DNA of 64,000 bases from an uncultured Bacillota bacterium. Its GTDB lineage: Bacteria; Sysuimicrobiota; Sysuimicrobiia; Sysuimicrobiales; Segetimicrobiaceae. Under the pieces are notes generated by a model. That model searched no databases and was not told the DNA's origin. It saw nothing but the letters and a program-made list of their open reading frames with translations. How positions within the stretch are numbered: the stretch's first letter is position 1; every line of letters begins with the position of its first letter. The stretch is from assembly GCA_963804645.1 (NCBI GenBank), contig CAWDRG010000017.1, positions 224,001 through 288,000 on the forward strand, given 5' to 3'. The translations under genes and the position numbers were made by a program. Positions 9,044 through 18,028 of the stretch are shown piece after piece.

Positions 9044-9958
9044 ATGCCCCCTGCCGCGTCCCGCATCATCGACAGCCATCTTCATCTCGTCACCGCCTCG
9101 ATGTTCCACCGCATGCAGGCGCGCCCGATGGCGATCCGCCCGCAGGCGCTGGCGGCGCTTACCGGCCCCGGCAGCCGTCTCGCGAAGCGCGTCGAGGCCC
9201 TCGGGCGGATCTCGCTCCAGGACCAGGTCGCGAGCTGGAAGGCGGCGTTCGACCGCGCCGGCGTGGACACCGGCTTCTTCATCGCGGTCGGCGAAGGCAA
9301 CGAGGAGTTGGCAGAGTTCGTCCGGTCCGCGCCCGAGCGGTTCCAGGGGTGGGGCAGCGTGGTCGATCCGACCGCCGCGGATGCCGCGGCGACCGTCCGC
9401 CGGTTCGGCGCGTGGGGGCTCCGCGGCCTCAAGCTCTACCCCCCGACGCAGCGGTTCAGTGCGAGCGACCGCGCGGTGTACCCCGTCTACGAGGCCGCGG
9501 CGGAGCTGGGCCTCGCGGTGCTGTTCCACTTCGGGATCACGATCGCGCCGATCTATGATCTCTTGTATGCCAATCCGCTGCACCTGTCGGCGGCGGCTCG
9601 GGATTTCCCCGAGATCACGTTCGGGATCGCCCACTGCGGCGCCGGATTTCTGCGCGAAGCGCTCTTCCTCGCGTATCACACCGAGAACATCTGGGTGGAT
9701 ACCTCCGGGACCAACAACTGGCGCGAGTTCACGCCGGGTGCCCCGTCGCTCGACGAGGTGTTCCGGGATCTGCTGCGCACGTACGGCCCCCGCCGCATCC
9801 TGTTCGGGACCGACTCCACCATGCCGGCCGAGTACCGCACGGCGATCCTGCAGGACCAGCAGGACACGTTCGGACGGCTCGGTCTCTCGGACGAAGATCG
9901 GGCGCTGATCTTCGAGGAGAACGCGCGCCGGCTGTTCCGCCTCGGCGGCCCGGCGTAG
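9044..9958 (+). CDS. Amidohydrolase_2 family metal-dependent hydrolase
   Basis: IDSHLH, GLKLYP, LFHFG, IAHCG and ILFGTD motifs; AAGGAG RBS. Confidence 0.88.
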   Translation: MPPAASRIIDSHLHLVTASMFHRMQARPMAIRPQALAALTGPGSRLAKRVEALGRISLQDQVASWKAAFDRAGVDTGFFIAVGEGNEELAEFVRSAPERFQGWGSVVDPTAADAAATVRRFGAWGLRGLKLYPPTQRFSASDRAVYPVYEAAAELGLAVLFHFGITIAPIYDLLYANPLHLSAAARDFPEITFGIAHCGAGFLREALFLAYHTENIWVDTSGTNNWREFTPGAPSLDEVFRDLLRTYGPRRILFGTDSTMPAEYRTAILQDQQDTFGRLGLSDEDRALIFEENARRLFRLGGPA

Positions 9959-10006
9959 GCGGTCGCGCCGCCCAGGGCTGACAGCGCCGGGGACGACGAG
10001 CGTGCG

Positions 10007-10735
10007 ATGACGCAGAACATCTACGACGACGACGAGTTTTTTGCCCAATACGGCCAGCTGATGCGCTCCCGCCAGGGCTTGGACGGCGCGCCGGAGTGGC
10101 CATCGCTGCGCGCCTTGGTGGGGGACGTGCGCGGGCTCCACGTCCTGGATCTCGGGTGCGGGTACGGCTGGTTCTGTCGGTGGGCGCGCGAGCAGGGTGC
10201 CGCGCACGTCGTCGGTATCGATGTCTCCGCGAAAATGCTGGCGCGGGCCAGCGCCGCGACCGACGACCCCGCGATTACGTACACGCGGGCCGACCTCGAG
10301 CACCTGACCTTGTCCGCGGCGTCATTTCACCTGGTGTATAGCTCGCTCGCCCTGCACTACGTCGAGCATCTCGCCGAATTGATGGCGCAGGTGCACCGGT
10401 CGCTCGTCCCCGGCGGGCGCGTGGTCTTCTCGGTGGAGCACCCCATCTTCATGACACGGTCCGAGCCGAACTGGGTCGTCAATGCGGCCGGCAGCAAGAC
10501 GTGGCCGGTCGACCGGTATCTCGAGGAAGGCCCCCGCGCCGCGGAGTGGCTTGGCGCGCCGGTCGTCAAGCATCACCGCACCATCGGGACCTATCTCACC
10601 ACGCTGCTCCATGCGGGGTTTGCCCTCACCCACGTGGAGGAATGGGGCCCCACCGACGAGCAGATCGCGGCGCGGCCGGCCCTCGCGGACGACCGGCGGC
10701 GCCCGGAGTTCCTCCTGGTGGCGGCGCGACGGTAG
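10007..10735 (+). CDS. Class I SAM-dependent methyltransferase
   Basis: VLDLGCGYG, GIDVS, YSSLALHY and SVEHP motifs. Confidence 0.92.
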   Translation: MTQNIYDDDEFFAQYGQLMRSRQGLDGAPEWPSLRALVGDVRGLHVLDLGCGYGWFCRWAREQGAAHVVGIDVSAKMLARASAATDDPAITYTRADLEHLTLSAASFHLVYSSLALHYVEHLAELMAQVHRSLVPGGRVVFSVEHPIFMTRSEPNWVVNAAGSKTWPVDRYLEEGPRAAEWLGAPVVKHHRTIGTYLTTLLHAGFALTHVEEWGPTDEQIAARPALADDRRRPEFLLVAARR

Positions 10736-10823
10736 CCTCGCGCGAACCGAACCCGATGCGGGGAGACGCGGGCCCATGCGCGCTCCGTCGGATGCCGGAG
10801 CCCCTCGTCGAGGAAGACTCGCC

Positions 10824-12242
10824 GTGACGGCCTCGCCCCTCGCCGCTGCTCCCGGGGCGGCCGTCCCGGAGAAGCGCTCGGTGGCGCTCAGTTCGCTACT
10901 CGCGGCCGCGCTCCTGACCGGCCTCAAGATCGCGGTCGGCATCGCCACCGGCAGCCTGGGCATCCTGTCCGAGGCGGCGCATTCGGGACTCGACCTCGTG
11001 GCGGCGGTGATCACGTATGTCTCGGTCCGCGTCTCCGACAAGCCGGCCGATCGGGCGCACCCGTTCGGACACGGCAAGGTGGAGAACCTCTCGGCGTTCA
11101 TCCAGACCGCGCTGCTGTTCGTGACGAGCGCGTGGATCGTCTACGAGGCGGTCCGCCGCTTGGTGGTCCGCGACGTGCAGGTCGCACCGTCCGTCTGGGC
11201 GTTTGCGGTCCTGTTCGTATCCGTGACGGTCGACAGCCTGCGGTCCCGCGCGCTGTTTCGCGCGGCGAGGAAGTACGACAGCCAGGCCCTCGAGGCGGAC
11301 GCGCTGCACTTTTCCACCGACATCTACAGCACCAGCGTCGTGATTCTGGGGTTGGGCTGCATCTACGCGGCCCGGCAAAGCGGATTGACGTGGCTCCAGA
11401 ACGCGGATCCGGCGGCGGCCCTGGTCGTCGCGGGGTTCAGCCTGTACGTCGGTCTGCGCCTGGGCAATCGGACCTTGGGGGCGCTGCTTGACGCGGCGCC
11501 CGAGGGCGTGACCGAGGGCATCACCGAGGCGGTGGCGCGCGTCCCCGGCGTGCTGCAGCAGGACCGGATCCGCGTGCGGCGCAGCGGCAACAAGCTGTTC
11601 GTCGAACTCCGGCTGGTCCTCGAGAGCAACATCGCCTTGGAGCACGCGCAGTCGGTGGTGCACGCCGTCGGAACCGCCGTGCGCGCGCGCTATCCGAACG
11701 CGGACGTCGTCGTCGACGCCACGCCCCGCGCCCCGTCGTCCAGCGATCTGGTCGAACGGATGCGCTCCGTCGCGCACACCGGCAACTTCCAGATCCACAA
11801 CGTGACGGCGTATCGGGTCGGCGGGCGGGTCAGCGCCAGCCTGGACTTGGAGATGGACCCCGCGCTGTCGCTGGCGGCGGCCCACGAACAGGCCACGCGG
11901 CTGGAACGCACCATCTTGCAGGACGTGCCCGAAGTCCACGACGTGAACGTCCACATCGAACCCCTCGAGACACGGGTGGCGAGCGCGACGGAGGCGCCGC
12001 GGGCGCAGACCGCGGTGGAACGGACGCTGCGGAAGATCGTCCGCACGACGCCGGGCGTCCTCGACTGCCACGCCGTCGAGGTCCGTCAGGTGGACGACCA
12101 CATGGCGGTGGCCGTGCACTGTCTCGTGCAGTCCGGGCTCTCCGTCGCGCAGGTCCACGAGCTGACCGAGCGGCTCGAACTACAGATGCGCGAACGGTTC
12201 CCCGAGATTCACACGATCAACATTCATCCCGAACCGCAGTAA
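10824..12242 (+). CDS. Cation diffusion facilitator transporter with three tandem C-terminal ZT_dimer domains
   Basis: SLGILSEAAHSGLD, HPFGHGKVE and ALEADALHFSTD, then three ~80-aa units ending VDATP, VHIEP and IHPEP. Confidence 0.9.
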   Translation: MTASPLAAAPGAAVPEKRSVALSSLLAAALLTGLKIAVGIATGSLGILSEAAHSGLDLVAAVITYVSVRVSDKPADRAHPFGHGKVENLSAFIQTALLFVTSAWIVYEAVRRLVVRDVQVAPSVWAFAVLFVSVTVDSLRSRALFRAARKYDSQALEADALHFSTDIYSTSVVILGLGCIYAARQSGLTWLQNADPAAALVVAGFSLYVGLRLGNRTLGALLDAAPEGVTEGITEAVARVPGVLQQDRIRVRRSGNKLFVELRLVLESNIALEHAQSVVHAVGTAVRARYPNADVVVDATPRAPSSSDLVERMRSVAHTGNFQIHNVTAYRVGGRVSASLDLEMDPALSLAAAHEQATRLERTILQDVPEVHDVNVHIEPLETRVASATEAPRAQTAVERTLRKIVRTTPGVLDCHAVEVRQVDDHMAVAVHCLVQSGLSVAQVHELTERLELQMRERFPEIHTINIHPEPQ

Positions 12243-12259
12243 CCGGGCGCCCCGTCCCG

Positions 12260-13255
12260 CTACCGTCCCACGAGCTTCGGCTCGCCCCAGCACGCGGTCG
12301 CGCCGGCGCTCCCGCCGCCGGGCATCCCGTGCGTCTCGACCTCCAGCGTCAGGGCGCGCGCCCGCTTGAGCGGCACGCGCAGCGCCACGGCGGGATCTCC
12401 GGCCCGGAACGTGTGCCCGGGGTAGACGAGCGTTCCGTCGGCGTACACCCGGAACGTCGCCGCGACGGTAGGCGCGGTCCCGTCCGGGACGCCGATCACC
12501 GCGTCGAACTCGTCGTACTGCGCGTCGAGGTCGTACACCACCTGCACGCGCCCCTCGGTGGGAAACACGAGCAGGCCCCCGCCGAGGAGCCGGCCCGCGA
12601 TCGCCACCGCCTTCGTGACGTAGCTGAACCGGTATCCATCCGGCACCAGGGAGGCCACGCGCGCGTCCCCGAGCGGGGTCACGGCGCGTTCGGCCGGAGG
12701 CACCTTGGCGCTCAGCGGGACGGCCGCGGCCCCGTCACCCAGCATCCGCGCGACCGCGTCGTCGACGGGCACCGTCGTCTGGGCCGCCCCGACGATGTCC
12801 GCGGTCGCGGTGCTCAGCACCTTGGCGGTGATGCGCACGGAGTCCCCGAGGTTGACGGTGGTCCCCGTCACCAGCACGTCCGCGCCGGCCAGCTGGCCGA
12901 GCTTCTGTACGGCCCCGGGCTGCGTGACGCCGACGACCATCAGCTTCTGCTCCTCGATGATCTTCGAGAGGTCCTGGCGGTCCAGCACGCGCAGGTCGCC
13001 GCCCGAGAGGACGAGCGCCGTGGAGAGCTCCTCGGCCACGAACCGTCCGAGATCGTTGACGCGGCCGTCCAGCGACCCAAAATCGACGACGGCCAGCCGC
13101 TTCCGGCCCAGCTTCTGCACCTGAGGCACGATCTGCGCCGCGAGCTCCTGAATCCCGGCGTCGAGGCTGTCGGCCGCGCGCGCCATCGGAGACGGCAGCA
13201 CCAACAGCAGGACGATCGCCGTGGTGCCCGCGACCCGCAGCACCCGACCTCTCAT
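12260..13255 (-). CDS. Exported FlgO/CsgG-like domain protein with a C-terminal NPCBM-like module
   Basis: Signal peptide; LAVVDF..LGRFVAEELSTAL..VLDRQDL..KLGQLAGADVLVTGT; C-terminal YDLDAQYDEFDAVIGV..FRVYADG..WGEPKL. Confidence 0.7.
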   Translation of the reverse strand: MRGRVLRVAGTTAIVLLLVLPSPMARAADSLDAGIQELAAQIVPQVQKLGRKRLAVVDFGSLDGRVNDLGRFVAEELSTALVLSGGDLRVLDRQDLSKIIEEQKLMVVGVTQPGAVQKLGQLAGADVLVTGTTVNLGDSVRITAKVLSTATADIVGAAQTTVPVDDAVARMLGDGAAAVPLSAKVPPAERAVTPLGDARVASLVPDGYRFSYVTKAVAIAGRLLGGGLLVFPTEGRVQVVYDLDAQYDEFDAVIGVPDGTAPTVAATFRVYADGTLVYPGHTFRAGDPAVALRVPLKRARALTLEVETHGMPGGGSAGATACWGEPKLVGR

Positions 13256-13354
13256 ACCTCACCTCCGAACGGCGGATGTCCCGCCGTCTCGGCGCTCCGC
13301 CCGGTCACGCGCATGCCGACCGGCCGGTCGCCCTCAGCTCACGGCTCGTGCGCA

Positions 13355-14505
13355 TCAGCGCGGCGCGAGCGACTCCAGCACCACCCGGTTCGCCTGGGCC
13401 GCCACCACCCGCAGCCCGAGCGCGGTCAGGCGCGGCAGCAGCGCCTGCGGGGGAAACTCGACCGCACGTCGATGACGCCGATCCCGGCCTGATACGCCCG
13501 GACGAACGCCTGTCCCGCGACCTCGCGCAGCGCGCGGACCTGCGCGAGCACTTTGACGAAATGCGCGTAGTCCGGCGCGAACACGATCACCTGCGTGTCG
13601 CGCGATCCGTCGACGAGCGGCGAGTACGCCCGCGCGACCGTCCACACGAGGCCGTCGCCGGCCTGATCGGCGGCGTCCTGGCTCGCCTGCCGCAGCGCCG
13701 CGGGAGCGGTCAGGTGCAGCGCCCGCCCCGCCTGGGTGCCCGCGTACAGCGTCTGGCCGGTCGCCCCCACGGTGACCCGCAGCCGAAGCGTCGCCTCGGC
13801 CGACTGGAGGGACTGGTCGCCGATCTGCACCATGCCCAAGGAGTCCGCGTCGACGGTGCCGGCCACGAGGATGTCCGCGGTCGCGGCGAGCGCGGTGAGC
13901 AGGCTCAAGCGTCGGTCGTCCTGCGTCGCCAGGCGCGCGACCGTGCCGGACGGCACCGGCCCCGGCTGGACGACATGATAGCCGGCCGCCGCAAACCGCC
14001 CGGCGAGCTCGGTCTCCGCCGCCGCCGCATACGCGGCCGGGCCGTCGACCGCCACCGTCACGGTGGGATGATCCATCAGCCCGATCAGGACCGCGAGGGC
14101 CTCCTGATCGCCCGTGAAGTCACCGTCCACGACGACCGCCCGGATCTGCACCCGGTACAGGCGGCCGTCGCGGTGCTCGTTCACGACCGTCAAGGATTGG
14201 ATGTAGCCCGACGCGTTCGCCGTGATCTCGTCGATCAGCACCTGAAAGTTCTCGACGGTGGTGTGCGAGCGCACGGAAACGCCCGCCGCTTCCAGCGCCA
14301 GGCGGTAGGCGTCCACCACCGCCTCGTCCCGCGCCTGGGCGAGATCGCCCCCGACGATCGCCCCGACGCCCTCCACCGTCACGGTCTTGCCCGAGTCGGC
14401 GGAGCCGGAGTCGTCGGCGGACTGGCCGTAGCCCGCGCCGACCGCCGAGCCGAGCAGCAGCACCGCCGCGGCCGCGATCGAGAGTGCACGCATCCCCGCG
14501 CGCAT
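13355..14505 (-). CDS. Exported protein with an FlgT N-terminal-like domain; frameshift near the C-terminus (~13450)
   Basis: Signal peptide, then VTVEGVGAIVGGDLAQARDEAVVDAYRLALE..GVSVRSHTTVEN. Adding one base to the C5 run gives FPPQALLPRL..LAPR and a stop at 13355. Confidence 0.65.
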
Positions 14506-14516
14506 CCCAACCACCG

Positions 14517-15446
14517 CTACCGATTCACGACGATATCGACGTGCAGCTGATCGAGAAAGTGCCCCTGCGCGTTCGCCGCCTGGATCTTGGCCGCGTCCTC
14601 GTCGCTGATGATCACGTCGGTCTTGAAGTTCGACTCGGGCGGCCCGCTCACGCCCACGGCGTGGACGATCAGCGGATTCGACCCCGCGCGGCTGTCCGGA
14701 CCGCCGGCCGTCGCGGCGTATCCGACGATGCCGTAGTCGTCGGCCAGTTCTTGGCTGATCTGCCCGGGCTTCCACCAGCCGCGGCCGTACACCACCTGGC
14801 CCTCCGGCGTCAGCACCGCGGGGCTCATCGACCGATCCAGGTGGACCCCGTCCACCACCACGATCAGGCCGGTAAACGCGCCCGGCGCGGCCGGCGGCGA
14901 GACGGGCCGCGAGTAAAACCCGGGCCGCTGCGGCACGGTCGGGGTGATGCGCGGCGGTACGGGCACGGGCACCGCGGGCGGCGCCGGGGCCACGTAGGGG
15001 ATCACGGTCTGCCCGAGGCCGTTCGGCCCGTAGAGGGGCATCTGGACGGTGACCGCGTAGCGGCCGTCCGCGTACTGCTGCTCATCGAGAATCGTCGCGT
15101 CGCGGACGACCCCTTCGACCTGCGTCTCGATCGTGTCCCACTTCACGCCGGCCTGCTCCACCGACGTCTTCGATCGCACGGTCACGTCGAGCGACGCTTC
15201 GAGCAGAGCCCGGTACGCGTCGACGATGGCCGCGCGCCGCGCCATGAGCGCCGCCTGCGCGTCGGAGGTGGCGCCGGCCGGCGGCGCGCCGAACCCCTGC
15301 GCCTTGATCACGCTCGCCTGCCAGTTCGTCCAGGCGTTGGGTCCAAACTGCTCCACGACCGGGGACGGCTGAGCCGTCACCCCTGATGCCCCCATGGCGA
15401 GCACCACGACACCGAGCACCACCGCGCGAGCCGTCTTCCACATCAT
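14517..15446 (-). CDS. Exported LPP20-family (FlgP-like) protein with a Pro-rich linker
   Basis: IKAQGFGAPP..ALMARRAAIVDAYRALLE..VEGVVRDA, a Pro-rich linker, then an FTGLIV..MSPAVL..VVYG domain. Confidence 0.7.
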   Translation of the reverse strand: MMWKTARAVVLGVVVLAMGASGVTAQPSPVVEQFGPNAWTNWQASVIKAQGFGAPPAGATSDAQAALMARRAAIVDAYRALLEASLDVTVRSKTSVEQAGVKWDTIETQVEGVVRDATILDEQQYADGRYAVTVQMPLYGPNGLGQTVIPYVAPAPPAVPVPVPPRITPTVPQRPGFYSRPVSPPAAPGAFTGLIVVVDGVHLDRSMSPAVLTPEGQVVYGRGWWKPGQISQELADDYGIVGYAATAGGPDSRAGSNPLIVHAVGVSGPPESNFKTDVIISDEDAAKIQAANAQGHFLDQLHVDIVVNR

Positions 15447-15513
15447 GCCGTTCCACCCCCTAGTGCGCTTGCGGATCCACACGTCGTGTGGCCGTCGTAC
15501 GCGCCGTACATCC

Positions 15514-16137
15514 TCAGTAGCACCACTGGCTCCACGTGCGGTCGCGGCACCTGCGGTACGGACCATACGTGAGCATCGGGCGAGTCGGCCCGAGGTAGGG
15601 CCGATACGAAGGCTGGTAGTACATGCGCCGGTACTGCCCGTAGTACGGATAGCGGTAGAACGCTCCGTCCGGCCCTTGGACGAGGAGATACGGGAGGCCG
15701 CCGACCATGATCGTTCCCAACACGGTGCCGGCCATCGCCGGCGCCGGACCGGACCCCTGGGGCGGGGCCGGCGTGTACGGGGCCGGCGTGTACGGCACGG
15801 GCTGGGGGGCGGCGGGCGGGGTGTGCACGGTCAGGTGGGCGATCATGAACTGGCCGCTCACCGGCACGAGCGCGACGGTGGCCGGCGCGCCGATGTACGG
15901 CTGCAGCGAACAGAGCGGCTGCGGCTGGTCGTCGACGTCGATCACGGTCGCGAGCGTCGACTGCAGCACGGTCGTGCCGGCGCCGCTCTTGAGGGTCATT
16001 TGCTGGGCCGCACAGTCGACCCCCTGAATGGTGCCGTCGATCTGCAGGCGCGCGGCGGGCTGCGCCGCTCCGGACGAGGCGACACCGAGGAGTGTGAGCA
16101 GGACGATCAGGAGCGTCGACCACGAACGCATACGCAT
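15514..16137 (-). CDS. Hypothetical exported protein with a Pro/Tyr-rich C-terminal half
   Basis: Signal peptide, IDGTIQGVDC beta-domain, PYTPA tandem repeat (15-bp unit twice, 15764-15793) and a Tyr/Arg-rich tail with Cys pairs. Confidence 0.65.
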   Translation of the reverse strand: MRMRSWSTLLIVLLTLLGVASSGAAQPAARLQIDGTIQGVDCAAQQMTLKSGAGTTVLQSTLATVIDVDDQPQPLCSLQPYIGAPATVALVPVSGQFMIAHLTVHTPPAAPQPVPYTPAPYTPAPPQGSGPAPAMAGTVLGTIMVGGLPYLLVQGPDGAFYRYPYYGQYRRMYYQPSYRPYLGPTRPMLTYGPYRRCRDRTWSQWCY

Positions 16138-16278
16138 CCCCCCGGTGCGTGGTACGGTCTGAGCGTGCTTCTGCGGTACCGTGCGTTGACGCTGATAGCG
16201 CGCGGTGGACGGGAAAAGTTCCCGGACGTCGGCGGCGCCCGTCGCTCGACCCGGCCGCACGCTATAATAAGAAGTGTC

Positions 16279-17223
16279 ATGAACTTCGAGCGTACTGACG
16301 GCCCGGCTCCCACCGACGCCCCCGAATTCGATCTCCTGCAGGATCTCACCGGGACGATCCGCCAGGCCGCCCGCACCCTGGTGTCGGCCCTGCAGGGCAA
16401 GTCGTCCTTCGTGGACGCCTGGCCGCCGATTCGCGACCTCGAGCACAAGGGCGACGCGATCGCGCGCGACATGTTCGAGATGCTCGCCGCCGGACGGGCC
16501 AGCACCACGCCGACGGACACCCTGCAGGCGCTGACCGGCAAACTCGACGATGTGCTCGACGGCGTCGAAGCGGCCGCGGCGCGGCTCGCGATCTACCGGA
16601 TTCGCCGCGTGTTTCCGCCGGCGCTCGAACTCGGCAAAATCGTGCTCGCGTGCGCCCTGGAGCTTGAGGCGGCGGTCGGCCGCGTGCACCGCATGCAGGA
16701 CGTGTTCCCCCACACGCGGACGCTGCATCTCCTCGAGAATCAGGGCGACGACGTGCTCCGGGACGCGGTCGGCCGCCTCTTCGCCGGCCGCGCGGGCGCG
16801 AAAGAGATCATCAAGTGGAAGGACATCTGCGAGACGCTCGAGGACAGCACCGACCGCTGCGAGGACATTGCGAACATCCTCGAGACGCTGCTGCTCCAGA
16901 CGGGCACGGAGCACCTGCTGGCCGTCCACGGCCTGGCGATGGACGTCGAGCATCACGCGGTGACGGCCGGCGGCATCCCGGTGCCGCTCTCGGCGAAAGA
17001 GTTCGGGCTGCTGCACCTGCTCCTCCGCCACCAGGGCAAGATCGTCCGGCGCGAACGGCTGCTGCGTGACGTGTGGGGCGACGACTACTTCGGCGACACC
17101 CGGACGCTGGATACGCACATCGCGTGGCTGCGGAAGAAGATCGAGTCCACCGGCGACGTGCGGATCGTCGCCGTCCGCGGCATCGGGTACCGGCTCGACG
17201 CCCACCCGCCCGCGGCGCGGTGA
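16279..17223 (+). CDS. DUF47 (PhoU-like) domain fused to an OmpR/PhoB-type winged-helix DNA-binding domain, with no receiver domain
   Basis: N-terminal ~205 aa: LEHKGD, LDDVLD, LENQGD, IIKWKDICETLEDSTDRCEDIAN. C-terminal: LSAKEFGLL..VWGDDYFGDTRTLDTHIAWLRKKIE..VRGIGY. TATAAT at 16263-16268. Confidence 0.88.
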   Translation: MNFERTDGPAPTDAPEFDLLQDLTGTIRQAARTLVSALQGKSSFVDAWPPIRDLEHKGDAIARDMFEMLAAGRASTTPTDTLQALTGKLDDVLDGVEAAAARLAIYRIRRVFPPALELGKIVLACALELEAAVGRVHRMQDVFPHTRTLHLLENQGDDVLRDAVGRLFAGRAGAKEIIKWKDICETLEDSTDRCEDIANILETLLLQTGTEHLLAVHGLAMDVEHHAVTAGGIPVPLSAKEFGLLHLLLRHQGKIVRRERLLRDVWGDDYFGDTRTLDTHIAWLRKKIESTGDVRIVAVRGIGYRLDAHPPAAR

Positions 17224-17225
17224 CG

Positions 17226-17280
17226 CTTCACGCACGCTTGAGACTCACCTCACCTTTCGGCGCGCCCATCCCGGTACGAT
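17226..17280 (+). promoter_or_regulatory. mgsA promoter region with three 11-bp-phased PHO-box-like units
   Basis: CTTCAC (17226), CTTGAG (17237) and CCTCAC (17248) at an exact 11-bp period, the last overlapping the -35 position; -10 TACGAT at 17275-17280. Confidence 0.5.
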
Positions 17281-17327
17281 ACTCGCGATCCACCGGACCG
17301 TCCCTGTGGTGGACCCGGAGGATGCGC

Positions 17328-17798
17328 GTGGAGACGTACCGGCGGGTGCGCATGGGCCGCGAGAAGCGCATCGCGTGCATTGCGCACGATAACAAGAAGG
17401 CCGAGCTGGTCGAGTGGATGCGCTTCAACCGCGGATCCCTCGAGGAGCACTTCCTCTACGCCACCCGCACGACCGGCGCGCTGATTATCCGCGAACTCGA
17501 CCTGCCCGTCACGACGTTTCACAGCGGCCCGCTCGGCGGCGATCTGGAGATCGGCGCCAGGATCGCCAGGGGCTCGATCGATTTTCTGATCTTCTTCTGG
17601 GACCCGCTTGAGCCGATGCCGCACGACCCCGATGTGCGCGCGCTGCTGCGGATCGCCGCGGTCTGGAATGTGCCGGTCGCGTGCAACCGGGCGTCCGCGG
17701 ACTTTATGGTCTCGTCGCCGCTGATGCGCGACGCGTACGATCGCCTGATCCCGCCCTACCCCGACGCCGAGGAGGTGCCCCGGGTCGCCGCCGGCTGA
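17328..17798 (+). CDS. mgsA: Methylglyoxal synthase
   Basis: IACIAHDNKK, YATRTTG, SGPLGGD, IFFWDPL, PHDPDV and ACNRASAD motifs. GGAGG precedes GTG 17328 (alternative ATG 17322). Confidence 0.95.
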   Translation: METYRRVRMGREKRIACIAHDNKKAELVEWMRFNRGSLEEHFLYATRTTGALIIRELDLPVTTFHSGPLGGDLEIGARIARGSIDFLIFFWDPLEPMPHDPDVRALLRIAAVWNVPVACNRASADFMVSSPLMRDAYDRLIPPYPDAEEVPRVAAG

Positions 17799-18028
17799 CT
17801 CCACCATCCCGCGGGCGGTGACGTGAGGACACGCCGTCGCGGCGCACGTGCGTTCCGACCTCGCCGCACCCTGATCGCTCCGCCGACGTCTCGGTGGCCC
17901 CCCGCCGGGTACCGCCGCGGGCCCACGTCCGGCTCAAAGAGGGCATCGGAGATCCCATGGCAAAATGTGCTCCAACATGGGATGCCGGACGCATCCCCTC
18001 TCCACACTGCGACAAAAGGGGTGGGTCA

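Noticed and set aside
17958..17972. Sigma54 promoter TGGCAAAATGTGC
   Set aside because: GG-to-GC spacing is 8 nt rather than the required 10.
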